Assembly (NCBI GenBank): GCA_043778225.1
Contig: JAYWGM010000013.1
Coordinates: forward strand, 1-42,712
Length of the DNA stretch: 42,712 bases
Source: Deinococcales bacterium
GTDB lineage: Bacteria; Deinococcota; Deinococci; Deinococcales; JAAFIG01
Reading direction: 5' to 3'
Shown: positions 18,908 to 29,728 of the stretch, piece after piece
Position numbering within the stretch: position 1 is the first letter of the stretch
Layout: every line of letters begins with the position of its first letter
Notes under the pieces: model-generated
What the model was told of the DNA's origin: nothing
Databases searched by the model: none
What the model saw: only the letters and a program-made list of their open reading frames with translations
Program-made: the position numbers and the translations under genes

Positions 18908-21900
18908 ATGTCGCTTGCCACATTATCGCGGTATCAGGTTGTCAAGGAACTCGGCGCGGGAGCAATGGGTCGGGTTTCTTTGGCATTGGATACCGAAACT
19001 GGCGAATTGGTTGCTCTAAAACGACTGCACGAAATGGTGGCACTGCAAGGTGGCGCTCGCTTGCGGCGCGAATCCAAGGCACTTGAGCGAATCAGTGACC
19101 CCAATGTGGTTAAAGTTTTGGGCTACGGCGAAGACGAAGGCATTCCGTATTTGGTGATGGAATATGTGCGCGGCACAGATTTAACCCAGTATGTGACCGA
19201 AAAACCAAGCATTGACCGAATTATTCAGGTTTTTATTGGCATTTCTAATGCCTTAGCAGCCGTCCATGGGCAAGGCATAATTCACCGCGACTTAAAACCC
19301 GATAACATCCGTGTAACGCTGGATGGCGAAGCCAAACTGATGGACTTTGGCTTAGCAAAATCGCTCGAGGGAACAGTTGCCTTGACTCGAGCCGGGGCAG
19401 TGGTTGGCACGGTGTTGTACATGGCACCCGAACAGTGCCGAGGGGCGCAACTCGATTACCGAGCAGATTTGTATGCCCTTGGTGCGGTTTTATTTTGGGC
19501 ATTGACCGGCAGACCACCGTTTATGGGTGATGGGCTTGCTCAAGTGATTATGCAGCACATTCAAGCCCCACCACCCAAACCAAGCAGTCTTAACCCACAG
19601 ATTCCAGCCCCGCTCGAGCAAATTGTCTTAAAACTGATGGAAAAAAATCCTGCCGAGCGCCCAGCCAGCGCTTTGGCAGTTCGAGACCTCCTGATTGGTT
19701 TGTCCAACCAGACCATGGAAATTAACTTGTCTTCTGAAGTGGCTCGAGCCGATGCACTCTTGATTGCGCCTTTGATTGGGCGCGACAGCGAAATGGCACA
19801 ACTGCTGCCACTCTTGGAAGAACCCGAGCCGATTTATGGGGTCTATGCCATCACTGGCGATGTTGGCAGTGGTAAAACCCGTTTGGTCAGGGCTTTTTCG
19901 GACATGGCTCGAATCACGGGGACGCGCTTTGCCCCCGGCGAAGCCATCCCAGACGACCCCACGCCATTTGGGGCAATCTCGAGAATGATTAGCAACCTGC
20001 AAAAAAGCAATAAAAACTTTGTGGATAACCTGCCCGAAGCCTTAAAAAACGAACTGGCACGAATTGTGCCAAGTCTGGGTAGCGCCGCCTTAACCGACCC
20101 AAACCTACCAGCCGATGTGGCGCGTTTGCGCTTATTTGAAGCCTTTAGCGAATTTTTAGAACGCGCCAGCCAAATTACGGTCGTGGTTCTCGAGAACTTG
20201 CATTGGGCAGATGAAAGCACCCTGACCGCCTTGGCGCACGCCACCCGAGCGGTGCAAAAACCGCGTTTATTGGTGACTTACCGGCTTGAAGATTTACCCG
20301 AAGGACAAACCCTGCCCAAAGGTTTAGCCCGACCGCGCACAGTTGTCAATCTTAAACCGATGTCGGATGATTCAATGCGTGAGTTGCTCAATTCTTGGTT
20401 GGATGGCGACCTTGATAGCACACTCGAATCCGAACTGGTCAGCCATGCAGCAGGCAACCCGTGGGTACTCGAGGAACGACTCAAGGCAATGATTGAATCA
20501 GGGGCAATTTATCGCCAAAACGGTGTTTACCAGTGGCGGCACTCGATGCAGAGCCTGCCCGAAAGCCTCAACGACCTCTTGGCACACCGCATTGAAGCCC
20601 TCAGCCCACAAACTTTAGAATTTGCTCGAGCCGCCAGTGTGCTGGGCAGGGCGTGGCAATACGAAGATGTGCGCCAACTGCTTGAATGGGACGACGACCA
20701 AGCCCTTGATTCGCTCGAGAGCCTAACCCGAGCCAGATTAGCCACCGAAATTCCAGGCAGCAACGGCGAGGGGTTTAGGTTTACCCACCCGTTGTATTCC
20801 GAAATTCTGCTTGAGGGCATCATGGCACTTAAACGCCGCCGACTGCATAAAAAAGCGGCTGTTTTGCTCGAGAGTCGCGCTACGGCGGTCGAATTGGCAC
20901 ACCATTATTACCATGCCGAACAGTTCGAGCTTGCCCTCGAGAAAGCCCTTGAAGGTGGTTTAGAAGCCCAAGCCGCTTTTGCTTACCCACAAGCCGAACG
21001 GGCTTTTCGGATGGCTTTGGATGCCGCCGACAAATTGCCAAGCCAGCCCTTGGCAGCTTATGAAGCACGCTTGCACCTTGGGGAAGTTCTGAGCAGTTCT
21101 GGACACAACGACGAAGCTATTCGGGTCTGGCAATATGTGATTGATAACGCGGTTGGGATCGAAAATAGCCAAGTGATTGTGGCACAAACCCGCCTTAAAT
21201 TTGGCAATGTGCTGCGTTTTTCTGGTTCGATTGATAAAGCCCGAGATGTGATTGGTCAGTACGGCATAGACGACCCTTTTTATGAAGAACTCGAGATTGA
21301 AGCCAGCCATATTCATCGCCTTAAAAAAGATTTTATGGCGGCTCGACACCATGGTTTAGAAGCCTTACGCGCCAGCAAATTAGCTCAGAATCCACGCGGC
21401 ACTGCCAGTGCCTTACTTGCCCTATCACAACTCGAGGTCGCGCTTGGCAACCTTGAACGCGCCACGACTTTAGCTAAAATTGCCACCAAAATCGTTGAAA
21501 GCACCGAAGATGACATTCTAAAAACCAAAGCCTGGAACGACCTTGGCAGCCGTTACTATATGCTCGACCAACAAAAGCAATGTATCGAGGCTTGGAATAA
21601 AGCCAGCGATTATGCCCAAAAGACTGGCGATGTGCGCTCGAGAATTGTGATTCAAACCAATTTAGCCTTATCTATTGCCTCGGATGACGATTTTGAAGAA
21701 GCCCGAAGCCGTTTCAAAGCCACTCGAGAAATGGCAATTCGGGCTGGGTTTTATGCCCAAGAAAAACAAATTTTATACAACCTTGCCGAAATGGAATATG
21801 CTTTGGGCAACCTTGAAGTGGCTCGAGAACATTTTCAGGATGTTAAAAATAATGCTTACGAAAACCCAGCCAAAATCTGGGAATCGCGCATTACCTTAGA

Positions 21901-22315
21901 GCTTGGCGATGGTTTTGTTTTTGAACTGCCCGAACTCGAAGGGCGTTTTGGCGCAGAGAATCGCCGATTACTGGATGTGCTGTATGCCCTGTCGTTTGGC
22001 GATTACGAAAAAGCCTACGAAGACACCGCCATGCCCAATACCGAACAAGGTTGGTTCTGGAATTTGGCTCGAGTCCACGCCGCTTGGCGACTTGGGCAAG
22101 ACACCTCCCAAGCCTTGGCTGCTTTGCGGCAACCAGCCCCAGACACCAAATTAGCGCCACATTTGCGTTTGGCTTACCTTGATTTTATTCAACAATTGCT
22201 GCTCGAGACCACAACCGAACGCAACAAGACCCTAAAAATTTTAGCCGACAAATACCGTACCTCGAGTGTTGGTTTGTTGGCTCGAGATGTGCTTTTGACC
22301 TTACCTGATGGCTAG
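18908..22315 (+). CDS. Hanks-type Ser/Thr kinase fused to STAND-like AAA ATPase and TPR repeats
   Basis: [56 protein letters not shown]; helical repeats in the C-terminal part. Confidence 0.93.
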   Translation: MSLATLSRYQVVKELGAGAMGRVSLALDTETGELVALKRLHEMVALQGGARLRRESKALERISDPNVVKVLGYGEDEGIPYLVMEYVRGTDLTQYVTEKPSIDRIIQVFIGISNALAAVHGQGIIHRDLKPDNIRVTLDGEAKLMDFGLAKSLEGTVALTRAGAVVGTVLYMAPEQCRGAQLDYRADLYALGAVLFWALTGRPPFMGDGLAQVIMQHIQAPPPKPSSLNPQIPAPLEQIVLKLMEKNPAERPASALAVRDLLIGLSNQTMEINLSSEVARADALLIAPLIGRDSEMAQLLPLLEEPEPIYGVYAITGDVGSGKTRLVRAFSDMARITGTRFAPGEAIPDDPTPFGAISRMISNLQKSNKNFVDNLPEALKNELARIVPSLGSAALTDPNLPADVARLRLFEAFSEFLERASQITVVVLENLHWADESTLTALAHATRAVQKPRLLVTYRLEDLPEGQTLPKGLARPRTVVNLKPMSDDSMRELLNSWLDGDLDSTLESELVSHAAGNPWVLEERLKAMIESGAIYRQNGVYQWRHSMQSLPESLNDLLAHRIEALSPQTLEFARAASVLGRAWQYEDVRQLLEWDDDQALDSLESLTRARLATEIPGSNGEGFRFTHPLYSEILLEGIMALKRRRLHKKAAVLLESRATAVELAHHYYHAEQFELALEKALEGGLEAQAAFAYPQAERAFRMALDAADKLPSQPLAAYEARLHLGEVLSSSGHNDEAIRVWQYVIDNAVGIENSQVIVAQTRLKFGNVLRFSGSIDKARDVIGQYGIDDPFYEELEIEASHIHRLKKDFMAARHHGLEALRASKLAQNPRGTASALLALSQLEVALGNLERATTLAKIATKIVESTEDDILKTKAWNDLGSRYYMLDQQKQCIEAWNKASDYAQKTGDVRSRIVIQTNLALSIASDDDFEEARSRFKATREMAIRAGFYAQEKQILYNLAEMEYALGNLEVAREHFQDVKNNAYENPAKIWESRITLELGDGFVFELPELEGRFGAENRRLLDVLYALSFGDYEKAYEDTAMPNTEQGWFWNLARVHAAWRLGQDTSQALAALRQPAPDTKLAPHLRLAYLDFIQQLLLETTTERNKTLKILADKYRTSSVGLLARDVLLTLPDG

Positions 22316-22408
22316 GTCTGACTGTACCTGAGGTGTAGAATGGGTTGTGTAACGCTTTTGTGACGATTATTGTGTACAATACACTTCGTAAACGTCCTAG
22401 GAGGCACT

Positions 22409-23095
22409 ATGAAAACAAAAGTTATGCTCGGTTTGGCAGCAGTATCGTTACTTGCATCGTGTGGTTTAATTAAGACCCCACAAATTGCAATCGGCACAGA
22501 CACCACAAAATCTGTCGTGGCTGGCAGTGGTGTTGGTGGAGGGGCGCTTGGTATTGATGGTAAAGGCGCACCGCTTGACCTCTCTAAAGACCGAATTTTG
22601 CTACAAGGCGTGAACACCAATGTGGCAATTGCTGGTGGTACATTCGCTGATGATACATCCCCAGATACCCTAGCTAACATCGGACGTTTGGATGAATGGA
22701 GTGCAACCCAAACCATGCCTTTGGCAACACTCGCCCCCGGAGTTCTCAAGTCCTGCCCAGCTTCGTTCCAATTGACTTCAGTGGCTTTCACGCTCAAAAT
22801 CACTGACCCAGCCAATACTACCGGCGTAAGCCACACCGTTTCTTTTACTGCGGTTGATTTTACCCAAAAAGGTACAACCTGCGATTACGACATCAAAGTC
22901 AATGGACAAGAAGCCTTTGTGCAGTTTGTTCTTGCTGCCCAACAAGCCAAAGCGTTTGGCACAATTCTGACCTCTGGTGGAGTAAATACCGCCGCCCTAA
23001 CTGGCACTTACACCGCGCCCGCAAGCGTTGAAACTGGTAAATTGACGATCAAATTTGGTGGCTCAAAAGCCTACATCGTCGCAACCGTTCTCTAA
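22409..23095 (+). CDS. Hypothetical lipoprotein
   Basis: SD TAGGAGG before ATG 22409; lipobox LLASC; Thr/Gly-rich, beta-rich sequence. Confidence 0.85.
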   Translation: MKTKVMLGLAAVSLLASCGLIKTPQIAIGTDTTKSVVAGSGVGGGALGIDGKGAPLDLSKDRILLQGVNTNVAIAGGTFADDTSPDTLANIGRLDEWSATQTMPLATLAPGVLKSCPASFQLTSVAFTLKITDPANTTGVSHTVSFTAVDFTQKGTTCDYDIKVNGQEAFVQFVLAAQQAKAFGTILTSGGVNTAALTGTYTAPASVETGKLTIKFGGSKAYIVATVL

Positions 23096-23106
23096 GCCAA
23101 AAATTG

Positions 23107-23136
23107 TGGACGAGCCAAAAGGCTCGTCCATTTTTT
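23107..23136 (+). terminator. Rho-independent terminator
   Basis: TGGACGAGCC-AAAA-GGCTCGTCCA followed by TTTTTT. Confidence 0.92.
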
Positions 23137-23153
23137 ATGCCGTACAATGACCC

Positions 23154-23669
23154 ATGAAAAACCTATTTGGGGCAATTTTAGCCAGCACCGCCCTCTCGAG
23201 TTTTGAACTTCAAGCCAACGACACCACATGGTTTGTGATTAACGATGGTGTGATGGGTGGAATCTCGAGCAGCACAGCAAAAATTGTATCGGGCAAGCTC
23301 GAGTTTGCTGGTCGGGTTCGGCTCGAGAACAACGGCGGTTTTGCCAGTATTCGCTCTAATGCTGGGCAGTACAACCTTGGTGCTTTCTCGAGTCTGACCT
23401 TACGTGTGCGCGGCGATGGCAAAAAATATGGTTTTCAAATTGGCACAAACTCGGCTCGAGGGGTGCTGTACCGCTTTGAATTTAGCACCAAAGCAGGGCA
23501 ATGGCTCGAGATTGACGTTCCATTCAAGAATTTACAGCCAACCCGTTTTGGGCAAGTGCTACCACGCCCAGCTTTTGACTCGAGTAACGTCGAGCATTTT
23601 GGTTTTATTATCGCCAACAAAAAAGCTGAAGATTTTAAGCTCGAGTTGGATTGGATGAAAACGCAGTAG
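23154..23669 (+). CDS. CIA30 family protein, copy 1
   Basis: W.VINDGVMGGISSS, GRVRLENNGGFASIR, LRVRGDGKKY. Confidence 0.92.
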   Translation: MKNLFGAILASTALSSFELQANDTTWFVINDGVMGGISSSTAKIVSGKLEFAGRVRLENNGGFASIRSNAGQYNLGAFSSLTLRVRGDGKKYGFQIGTNSARGVLYRFEFSTKAGQWLEIDVPFKNLQPTRFGQVLPRPAFDSSNVEHFGFIIANKKAEDFKLELDWMKTQ

Positions 23670-23713
23670 ATTCAAACACAGTCTTTTGCTGGCATCACCC
23701 CTAGACTGTACTG

Positions 23714-24232
23714 ATGAAGAAATTGATTCTGTTAGCGGCTTTGCTGCTCTCTACTGCTTTCTCGAGTACACTTTTTGAATTTACCGATAACCAAGGCAAT
23801 TGGTTTGTGCGTAACGATGGTGTGATGGGTGGCATCTCGAGCAGCCGAGTTCGATTTTCCAATGGTGTTCTGCTCTTTAGCGGTCGGGTGCGGCTCGAGA
23901 ACGGCGGGGGCTTTGCTGGGTTTCGCTCGAGTGTGGGGCAATATGATTTGCGTAATTTCTCAGGAATTCGGCTGCGGGTGCGTGGTGATGGCAAACGATA
24001 TGCTTTTCAGGTCGTGACCCGCACCAATATGTATCAAATTGGTTTTAGTACCAAGGCTGGGCAGTGGCTCGAGGTCAGCTTGCCGTTCAATAAAATGCAA
24101 GCAACCTTGCGCGGTGAACCAATTCGGGCGGTCAGGCTGAACTCGAGCAGCATTCGGCAATTTGGTTTAATTGTCGGCAACGAACGCGCTGAGAATTTTA
24201 GGCTCGAGTTGGATTGGATTCGGGCGCAATAA
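23714..24232 (+). CDS. CIA30 family protein, copy 2 (signal peptide)
   Basis: W.VRNDGVMGGISSS, GRVRLENGGGFAGFR, LRVRGDGKRY; tandem paralog of the previous gene. Confidence 0.92.
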   Translation: MKKLILLAALLLSTAFSSTLFEFTDNQGNWFVRNDGVMGGISSSRVRFSNGVLLFSGRVRLENGGGFAGFRSSVGQYDLRNFSGIRLRVRGDGKRYAFQVVTRTNMYQIGFSTKAGQWLEVSLPFNKMQATLRGEPIRAVRLNSSSIRQFGLIVGNERAENFRLELDWIRAQ

Positions 24233-24269
24233 AATAAACTCGAGCTACCTAAAGACTGGTAGCTCGAGT
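24231..24269 (-). terminator. Terminator between convergent CIA30 and acnA
   Basis: 12 bp stem ACTCGAGCTACC/GGTAGCTCGAGT (24238-24269), followed on the minus strand by TTATTTT. Confidence 0.8.
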
Positions 24270-24279
24270 GATGTGTTGC

Positions 24280-27003
24280 TTAGGCTGTGACTGCCATACT
24301 TTCGCGTGCCAATTGCCGCAGCACAAATTGCAGAATGCCACCATTTCGGTAGTAATCTATTTCGACTGGGGTGTCTATTCTGCACCAGAGCGTAATTTCG
24401 CGCACTGTACCGTCAGGCGCGGTAACTCGAGCGATAATGTCTTGGCGTGGTTTAAGGTCATCGCCAATCAGAAAATCAAAGGTCTCGAGTCCAGTTAAAC
24501 CAAGGCTCTCGGCATTCTGACCGTCTTTGTATTGCAAAGGCAGTACGCCCATGCCAACCAAATTAGAGCGGTGAATGCGTTCAAACGATTCGACAATCAC
24601 GGCTTTAGCGCCGAGTAGCATCGTGCCTTTGGCTGCCCAGTCGCGGCTGCTGCCCATACCATAGTCCTTGCCTCCAAGCACCACAAGCGGTGTACTCGAG
24701 GTTTTGTAGAGCATCGCGGCATCGTAAACACTCATCACTTCGTTGGTTGGTAAATAAGTCGTTACGCCGCCTTCTGTGCCGGGTGCAAGTTGGTTTTTAA
24801 TGCGGATATTAGCGAATGTGCCTCGAGTCATCACGCGGTCATTGCCGCGTCTCGAGCCGTAAGAATTAAAATCGGCTACGGGTACGCCGAGATCAACAAG
24901 GTACTTACCAGCTGGGGATTTAGCACTAAACGCACCAGCCGGTGAAATATGGTCGGTGGTGATGCTGTCGCCCAGTTTCAGCAGCACTTTTGCGCCATGA
25001 ATGGCTTGGATTGTGCCGACCTGCATGGTCAAACCTTCAAAGTACGGTGGATTCTGGACATAGGTGCTGTTAGGGTCAAAGTCGAATAAATCGCCGCCTT
25101 TGACTGGAATGGCATTCCATTGTTGATTGCCTTGTTCGATACCATCGTAAATGCGGCGAAATTTCTCGGCAGTGACAGTCGCATCCATTGCCGTTTGAAT
25201 TTCGCTGCTCGAGGGGAAAATATCGCGCAAAAATACTGGATTGCCGTTTTGGTCATTCCCCAGTGGTTCAGTCTCGAGGTTCAGCTTGACCGTACCAGCA
25301 ATGGCGTAAGCTACAACAAGCGGCGGCGAGGCGAGGTAATTGGCGCGGACGTGCGGATTGACCCGACCTTCAAAGTTACGATTGCCCGACAACACACTGG
25401 CTGCCACCAAATCGCCTTCGTTAATAGCGCTAACCAGTTCGTCTGGCAGTGGTCCGGAATTGCCAATACAGGTGGTGCAACCATACCCCACAGTTTGGAA
25501 ACCAAGTTGGTCAAGGTACGGGGTAAGCCCAGCATCATCAAGATACGCGGTCACGACCCTCGAGCCGGGCGCAAGACTGGTTTTGACCCAAGGTTTGACG
25601 GTTAAGCCTTTCTCGATGGCTTTTTTAGCAAGTAAGCCTGCGCCAATCATCACGCTTGGATTGCTGGTATTAGTGCAAGAGGTAATGGCAGCAATCACCA
25701 CATCGCCATGTCCGATTTGTCCATTAAAACCGTTGAAGTTTGTAACTGTACCTTTAGACTCGAGTTTTGCACCCTCAAGCGCATAACCGCGTTTGTCTTT
25801 GGGGGCGGTTAATGCCTCAGCAAAGACTTGAGGCATATCCGACATCAGCACACGGTCTTGCGGACGCGCAGGACCCGCCAGGCTTGGCAAAACCGTGCCT
25901 AAATCCAATTCGATGTAACTCGAGAACACGGGGTCTGGGGTGCTATCGGTGCGATACAAGCCATTGGCTTTCATGTACGCCTCGAGAATTTCGACTTCCA
26001 TCTCCAAACGCCCAGTGCGCTTCATAAACCGCATGGCTTCATCGTCCATCGGGAAGAAACCCATGGTTGCACCGTACTCTGGTGCCATGTTAGCAATCGT
26101 GGCACGGTCGGGTAAGGTCATGCTGCTCAGACCAGTGCCGTAGAATTCAACGAATTTACCAACCACATTGTGCTTACGAAGCAGTTGCGTCACGACCAAT
26201 GCAAGGTCGGTAGCGGTAGACCCTTCGGGCAATTGACCCGAGACCTTAAAGCCCACCACTTCGGGGGTCAGCATATACAAGGGCTGCCCGAGCATCACGG
26301 CTTCGGCTTCGATACCACCAACGCCCCAACCAACAATCCCAAGTCCGTTAATCATCGTGGTGTGGCTGTCTGTACCAACCAGACTATCGGGAAACAGCAC
26401 CTCGAGACCATGTTCGTCGGGTTTACTCATCACACCTTTAGCCAAATACTCGAGATTGACCTGATGCACAATGCCCGAAGCTGGCGGCACAACCCCGAAA
26501 TTATCAAGGGCTTGTTGACCCCAACGCAAAAATTCGTAACGCTCGAGGTTGCGTTCAAACTCGAGTTCAGAGTTTTTAAGAAGCGCTTCAGCACTGCCGT
26601 AATAATCCACTTGGACAGAGTGGTCAATCACCAAATCTACTGGCACAATCGGATTGATTTTTTTCTCATCGCCGCCAAGGGCTTTCATCGCGTGGCGCAT
26701 AGATGCTAAGTCCACAACGACTGGTACACCTGTGAAATCTTGCAGAATGACCCGAGCCAATTTGAACGGAATTTCGACCTCAAGCGGCGCGGACGCATTA
26801 TACGCTGCCAGTTGCTTCACATCGTTTTCGGTGACATCGTAATTGTTGCAATTACGCAACAGACTCTCGAGCATGACCTTGATGCTAAACGGCAATTTAG
26901 CCAAATCATAACCAAGTTCGGCTAGTTTCTCGAGTTTATAATAATAGAATTTTTGCCCAGCCACTTCGAGGGTTTCACGCGCACCAAAAGAATTCTTGAC
27001 CAT
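24280..27003 (-). CDS. acnA: Aconitate hydratase A
   Basis: [77 protein letters not shown]. Confidence 0.98.
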   Translation of the reverse strand: MVKNSFGARETLEVAGQKFYYYKLEKLAELGYDLAKLPFSIKVMLESLLRNCNNYDVTENDVKQLAAYNASAPLEVEIPFKLARVILQDFTGVPVVVDLASMRHAMKALGGDEKKINPIVPVDLVIDHSVQVDYYGSAEALLKNSELEFERNLERYEFLRWGQQALDNFGVVPPASGIVHQVNLEYLAKGVMSKPDEHGLEVLFPDSLVGTDSHTTMINGLGIVGWGVGGIEAEAVMLGQPLYMLTPEVVGFKVSGQLPEGSTATDLALVVTQLLRKHNVVGKFVEFYGTGLSSMTLPDRATIANMAPEYGATMGFFPMDDEAMRFMKRTGRLEMEVEILEAYMKANGLYRTDSTPDPVFSSYIELDLGTVLPSLAGPARPQDRVLMSDMPQVFAEALTAPKDKRGYALEGAKLESKGTVTNFNGFNGQIGHGDVVIAAITSCTNTSNPSVMIGAGLLAKKAIEKGLTVKPWVKTSLAPGSRVVTAYLDDAGLTPYLDQLGFQTVGYGCTTCIGNSGPLPDELVSAINEGDLVAASVLSGNRNFEGRVNPHVRANYLASPPLVVAYAIAGTVKLNLETEPLGNDQNGNPVFLRDIFPSSSEIQTAMDATVTAEKFRRIYDGIEQGNQQWNAIPVKGGDLFDFDPNSTYVQNPPYFEGLTMQVGTIQAIHGAKVLLKLGDSITTDHISPAGAFSAKSPAGKYLVDLGVPVADFNSYGSRRGNDRVMTRGTFANIRIKNQLAPGTEGGVTTYLPTNEVMSVYDAAMLYKTSSTPLVVLGGKDYGMGSSRDWAAKGTMLLGAKAVIVESFERIHRSNLVGMGVLPLQYKDGQNAESLGLTGLETFDFLIGDDLKPRQDIIARVTAPDGTVREITLWCRIDTPVEIDYYRNGGILQFVLRQLARESMAVTA

Positions 27004-27136
27004 TAGCTTTCTCCTTGTTTCTCGAGGTCAGTTTACCGCACTCGAGGTGATGCCAATAGTTTAGTATGCCTCTTAGTTACCATGCAAGTTTTTGTTGTCA
27101 CCAATAGGGGTACAAAAAACTTGCTATACTCAATCC

Positions 27137-27697
27137 ATGCCAAGAGTCGCCACCAACACCGAACCGCTAACCTTCGAGCAGTACCTGAAACTCGAGGAGC
27201 GTCAAGTCACCCGCCATGAATTTGTGGATGGTTTTATGTTCGCCATGGCTGGTGGTACAAAGTTTCATAACAACATTGCTGGGAATATTTTTATGAAAGC
27301 CAAACTGGCGGCTCGAGCAGTCGCCAATTGCAGCGCCTATATGGAAAATGTGAAAGTCCGCACGCCAAGTGGAATTGGCTACTATCCTGATGTGGTTGTG
27401 ACTTGCAATGATGATGTGACTGACTTACTGATTTATAATCCTTGCCTAATTATTGAAGTGTTATCGAGCAGCACCGAAGACATTGACCGAGGCGAAAAAC
27501 TTTTTAACTACCAGAAATGCTTGAGCCTGAAAATGTACGTGCTGGTGCGCCAAGATAAGAAGTTTCTGGAGATTTACAAACGCAATTTAGATGGGAAATG
27601 GGAATACAGTATTCTCGAGGAACATGGCACACTCGAGTTTAGTTGTGCCGATTTTTCCATGACCGTAGAAGAAATATACGAGGACGTAACTTTTTAA
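27137..27697 (+). CDS. Uma2 family putative endonuclease
   Basis: RHEFVDG...AMAGGT..HN, YYPDVVVTC, PCLIIEVLS.ST...DRGEK..Y; TATACT 6 nt before ATG 27137. Confidence 0.93.
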   Translation: MPRVATNTEPLTFEQYLKLEERQVTRHEFVDGFMFAMAGGTKFHNNIAGNIFMKAKLAARAVANCSAYMENVKVRTPSGIGYYPDVVVTCNDDVTDLLIYNPCLIIEVLSSSTEDIDRGEKLFNYQKCLSLKMYVLVRQDKKFLEIYKRNLDGKWEYSILEEHGTLEFSCADFSMTVEEIYEDVTF

Positions 27698-28344
27698 GTC
27701 TCGAGCAATGTTTCTAAATCCACCAAACCGATTTTTAAGGCATACAGCGCCGCTTGGGTACGTGAGCGCAAGCCAAGTTTTGCCAGTAAATTCGAGACAT
27801 GGGTTTTGACAGTCCGTTCTTCGATGCTAAATTCTCGAGCAATCAGTTTATTGGCAAAACCCTTGGCAATCAGCCGCAGCGTTTCGGTTTCACGCGGCGT
27901 TAAAGATTCAGACTTATCTGGCGTTTGGACTTCGCGCATTAAACGTTTGGCGGCTTCGGGCGAAAGGCGCACTTCGCCGCGTCCAGCCGCATGAATCGCC
28001 TCGACCAATTGGTCGGCATTGGTGTCCTTTAACAAGTAGCCCATTGCGCCAGCTTGCATTGCACTCATCACTTTGGCATCCTCGAGAACGCTGGTCACGG
28101 CAATCACTTCAACTTCGGGGAAACGGGTTTTGATTTCGCGGATAGCCGTGATACCATCCATCACGGGCATCAGTAAATCCATCAGCACCACATCTGGCAA
28201 AAGTTCTGCCACCATCTCGAGGGCAACCGCGCCATTGTTCGCTTCTCCCACGACCTCGAGTTGATCGTCGAGTGCCAAAAACATTTTTAAGCCCTGACGC
28301 ACCACACTATGGTCATCGCACAGCAATAAACGGGTTTTTTCCAT
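27694..28344 (-). CDS. NarL/LiaR family response regulator
   Basis: DDH.VVRQGL, PDVVLMDLLMP, GYLLK, LTPRE, NK.IA, TVKTHVSN LuxR-type HTH. Confidence 0.95.
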   Translation of the reverse strand: MEKTRLLLCDDHSVVRQGLKMFLALDDQLEVVGEANNGAVALEMVAELLPDVVLMDLLMPVMDGITAIREIKTRFPEVEVIAVTSVLEDAKVMSAMQAGAMGYLLKDTNADQLVEAIHAAGRGEVRLSPEAAKRLMREVQTPDKSESLTPRETETLRLIAKGFANKLIAREFSIEERTVKTHVSNLLAKLGLRSRTQAALYALKIGLVDLETLLET

Positions 28345-28446
28345 GAACTCGAGTATGCCACAAATGACAGACAGCAGCATCCAACCAAAGGACTGAATTC
28401 GTAGTACAAAAGTTTCTCGAGACGCTCATGCTCATAGCCAAACTCA

Positions 28447-28860
28447 CTAGGCTTGTGCCAACGGTGTTTTCGGGGCCTCCTCGCGCATCAGTTGCCTAAA
28501 TTCACGCATCGCACTGGCAAGTAAATCTATTTGTCTGCCCAGCACCGGAAAGACATCCTCGATTTTGCTATAAAAATTTTCGATTGCGACACAGACATCG
28601 CTCTGCATGATGTAAAACTTAGCGGCTTTATAGTCGGTGTTCAGTTTCATAATCACTTTGGTGGCACGTTCGGTTTCTTCTTCGGACTCGAGTTCCCAAA
28701 AATACGGAACCATCAGCCGAAAAAAAGTTTCGTCTTTTTCGTTGGCAAACAGCACAAAATTGATCCGTTCGTGCTTAAAAGAAATATCTTGATCGTTATC
28801 AAGTTCGGGGCGATAGCCTTGTTCGTTGAGCCACGCCATATAGGTTTCGGTCTTGGTCAT
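28447..28860 (-). CDS. YbjN-like (chaperone/sensory transduction regulator fold) protein
   Basis: WL.EQGYRPELD.DQDI.FK.E, FFRL, LN..YK.AK pattern. Confidence 0.65.
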   Translation of the reverse strand: MTKTETYMAWLNEQGYRPELDNDQDISFKHERINFVLFANEKDETFFRLMVPYFWELESEEETERATKVIMKLNTDYKAAKFYIMQSDVCVAIENFYSKIEDVFPVLGRQIDLLASAMREFRQLMREEAPKTPLAQA

Positions 28861-28892
28861 GGGTCATAGTCTGGCGTGTTTTGGGCGATACG

Positions 28893-29615
28893 TCAACTGC
28901 TTTTGATTGACTCAATGGCTCGAGTTACAATTTTTCGTAAACTAGAACTTAAATTCAATTGCAACACCGCTTCAAAGATAGGTTGCGCTCGAGCATCAGT
29001 ACAGCTTTGAGTTAGGGCGTAAATTGCAGCAAAGCGCACTTTGATATTGTCGTCCTCCAGTGCAATACAAAGTAAATCCGATATGAGGTCATCGGGATTT
29101 TCTAAATTCGAGATTTTACAAGCCTCACAAGAAATCGCATGAATTGCCGCCCGACGAACTCGAGGAATTGGGTCTTGCATCAATTTTCGCAACATCGGTG
29201 TACAACTTTTGTCTGCCATATGGTCAAGTGCCATAGCACAATCAAAGCGCACTCGAGGCTTAACATGAGTGCAGCCAAGCAATAGCCCATCGACTAAAAT
29301 TCTAAGCACACCAGCTTCAAAGGCATAATTTCGGACACTTAGAATTTCATGCAAAGGCATCAGCGCAAATCTCGAGCCAAGTGCCACCCCATCCAAAGCT
29401 GCAAACTCGAGTAATTCTTTGGTCAATACACTTGGTCTGGAAAGCCGAATGGCTTTGGCTTCGACAAAGTTTTTCAAGCGAGTCCAACTTGGGAAACCAT
29501 AGCTTTGGGCTAAAGAAAATTGGGCTTGGGCTAAAGTGATTTTTTCAAGCGACTGTTTCTTCTTTGCCTGATTTTTCAAATGCTCTAAGTTCGGCTTGGA
29601 TGGTAATTTTGACAT
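28893..29615 (-). CDS. Protein with N-terminal LPxxPNLEHLKxQAK...LAQAQ..LA..YGFPSW domain plus HEAT-like repeats
   Basis: Motif read directly from the translation; HEAT-like PRVRFDCA.AL, PRVRRAAI.AI, KVRFAAI.AL; SD GAAAGGGG. Confidence 0.85.
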   Translation of the reverse strand: MSKLPSKPNLEHLKNQAKKKQSLEKITLAQAQFSLAQSYGFPSWTRLKNFVEAKAIRLSRPSVLTKELLEFAALDGVALGSRFALMPLHEILSVRNYAFEAGVLRILVDGLLLGCTHVKPRVRFDCAMALDHMADKSCTPMLRKLMQDPIPRVRRAAIHAISCEACKISNLENPDDLISDLLCIALEDDNIKVRFAAIYALTQSCTDARAQPIFEAVLQLNLSSSLRKIVTRAIESIKSS

Positions 29616-29728
29616 AACGCCCCTTTCAGTTATCCCGTGTCTGCAAACAGGTATGAAAGAAGGCGAATCAAATTGTTAAAACCGTGGGCTATGCCCTATT
29701 CGCAGACTGAACGCGAACGGCTTCGCGC
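29616..29728 (-). ncRNA. Candidate structured cis-regulatory leader RNA (pseudoknot)
   Basis: 7 bp hairpin at 29728-29711; 13 bp helix 29707-29695/29651-29639 with two G-U pairs; loop segment 29665-29654 complementary to the SD region 29628-29618. Confidence 0.65.

Noticed and set aside
28381..28415. Possible autoregulatory NarL/LiaR-type site CCAAAGGACTGA
   Set aside because: Only one plausible half-site and no clear dyad; too weak to call.
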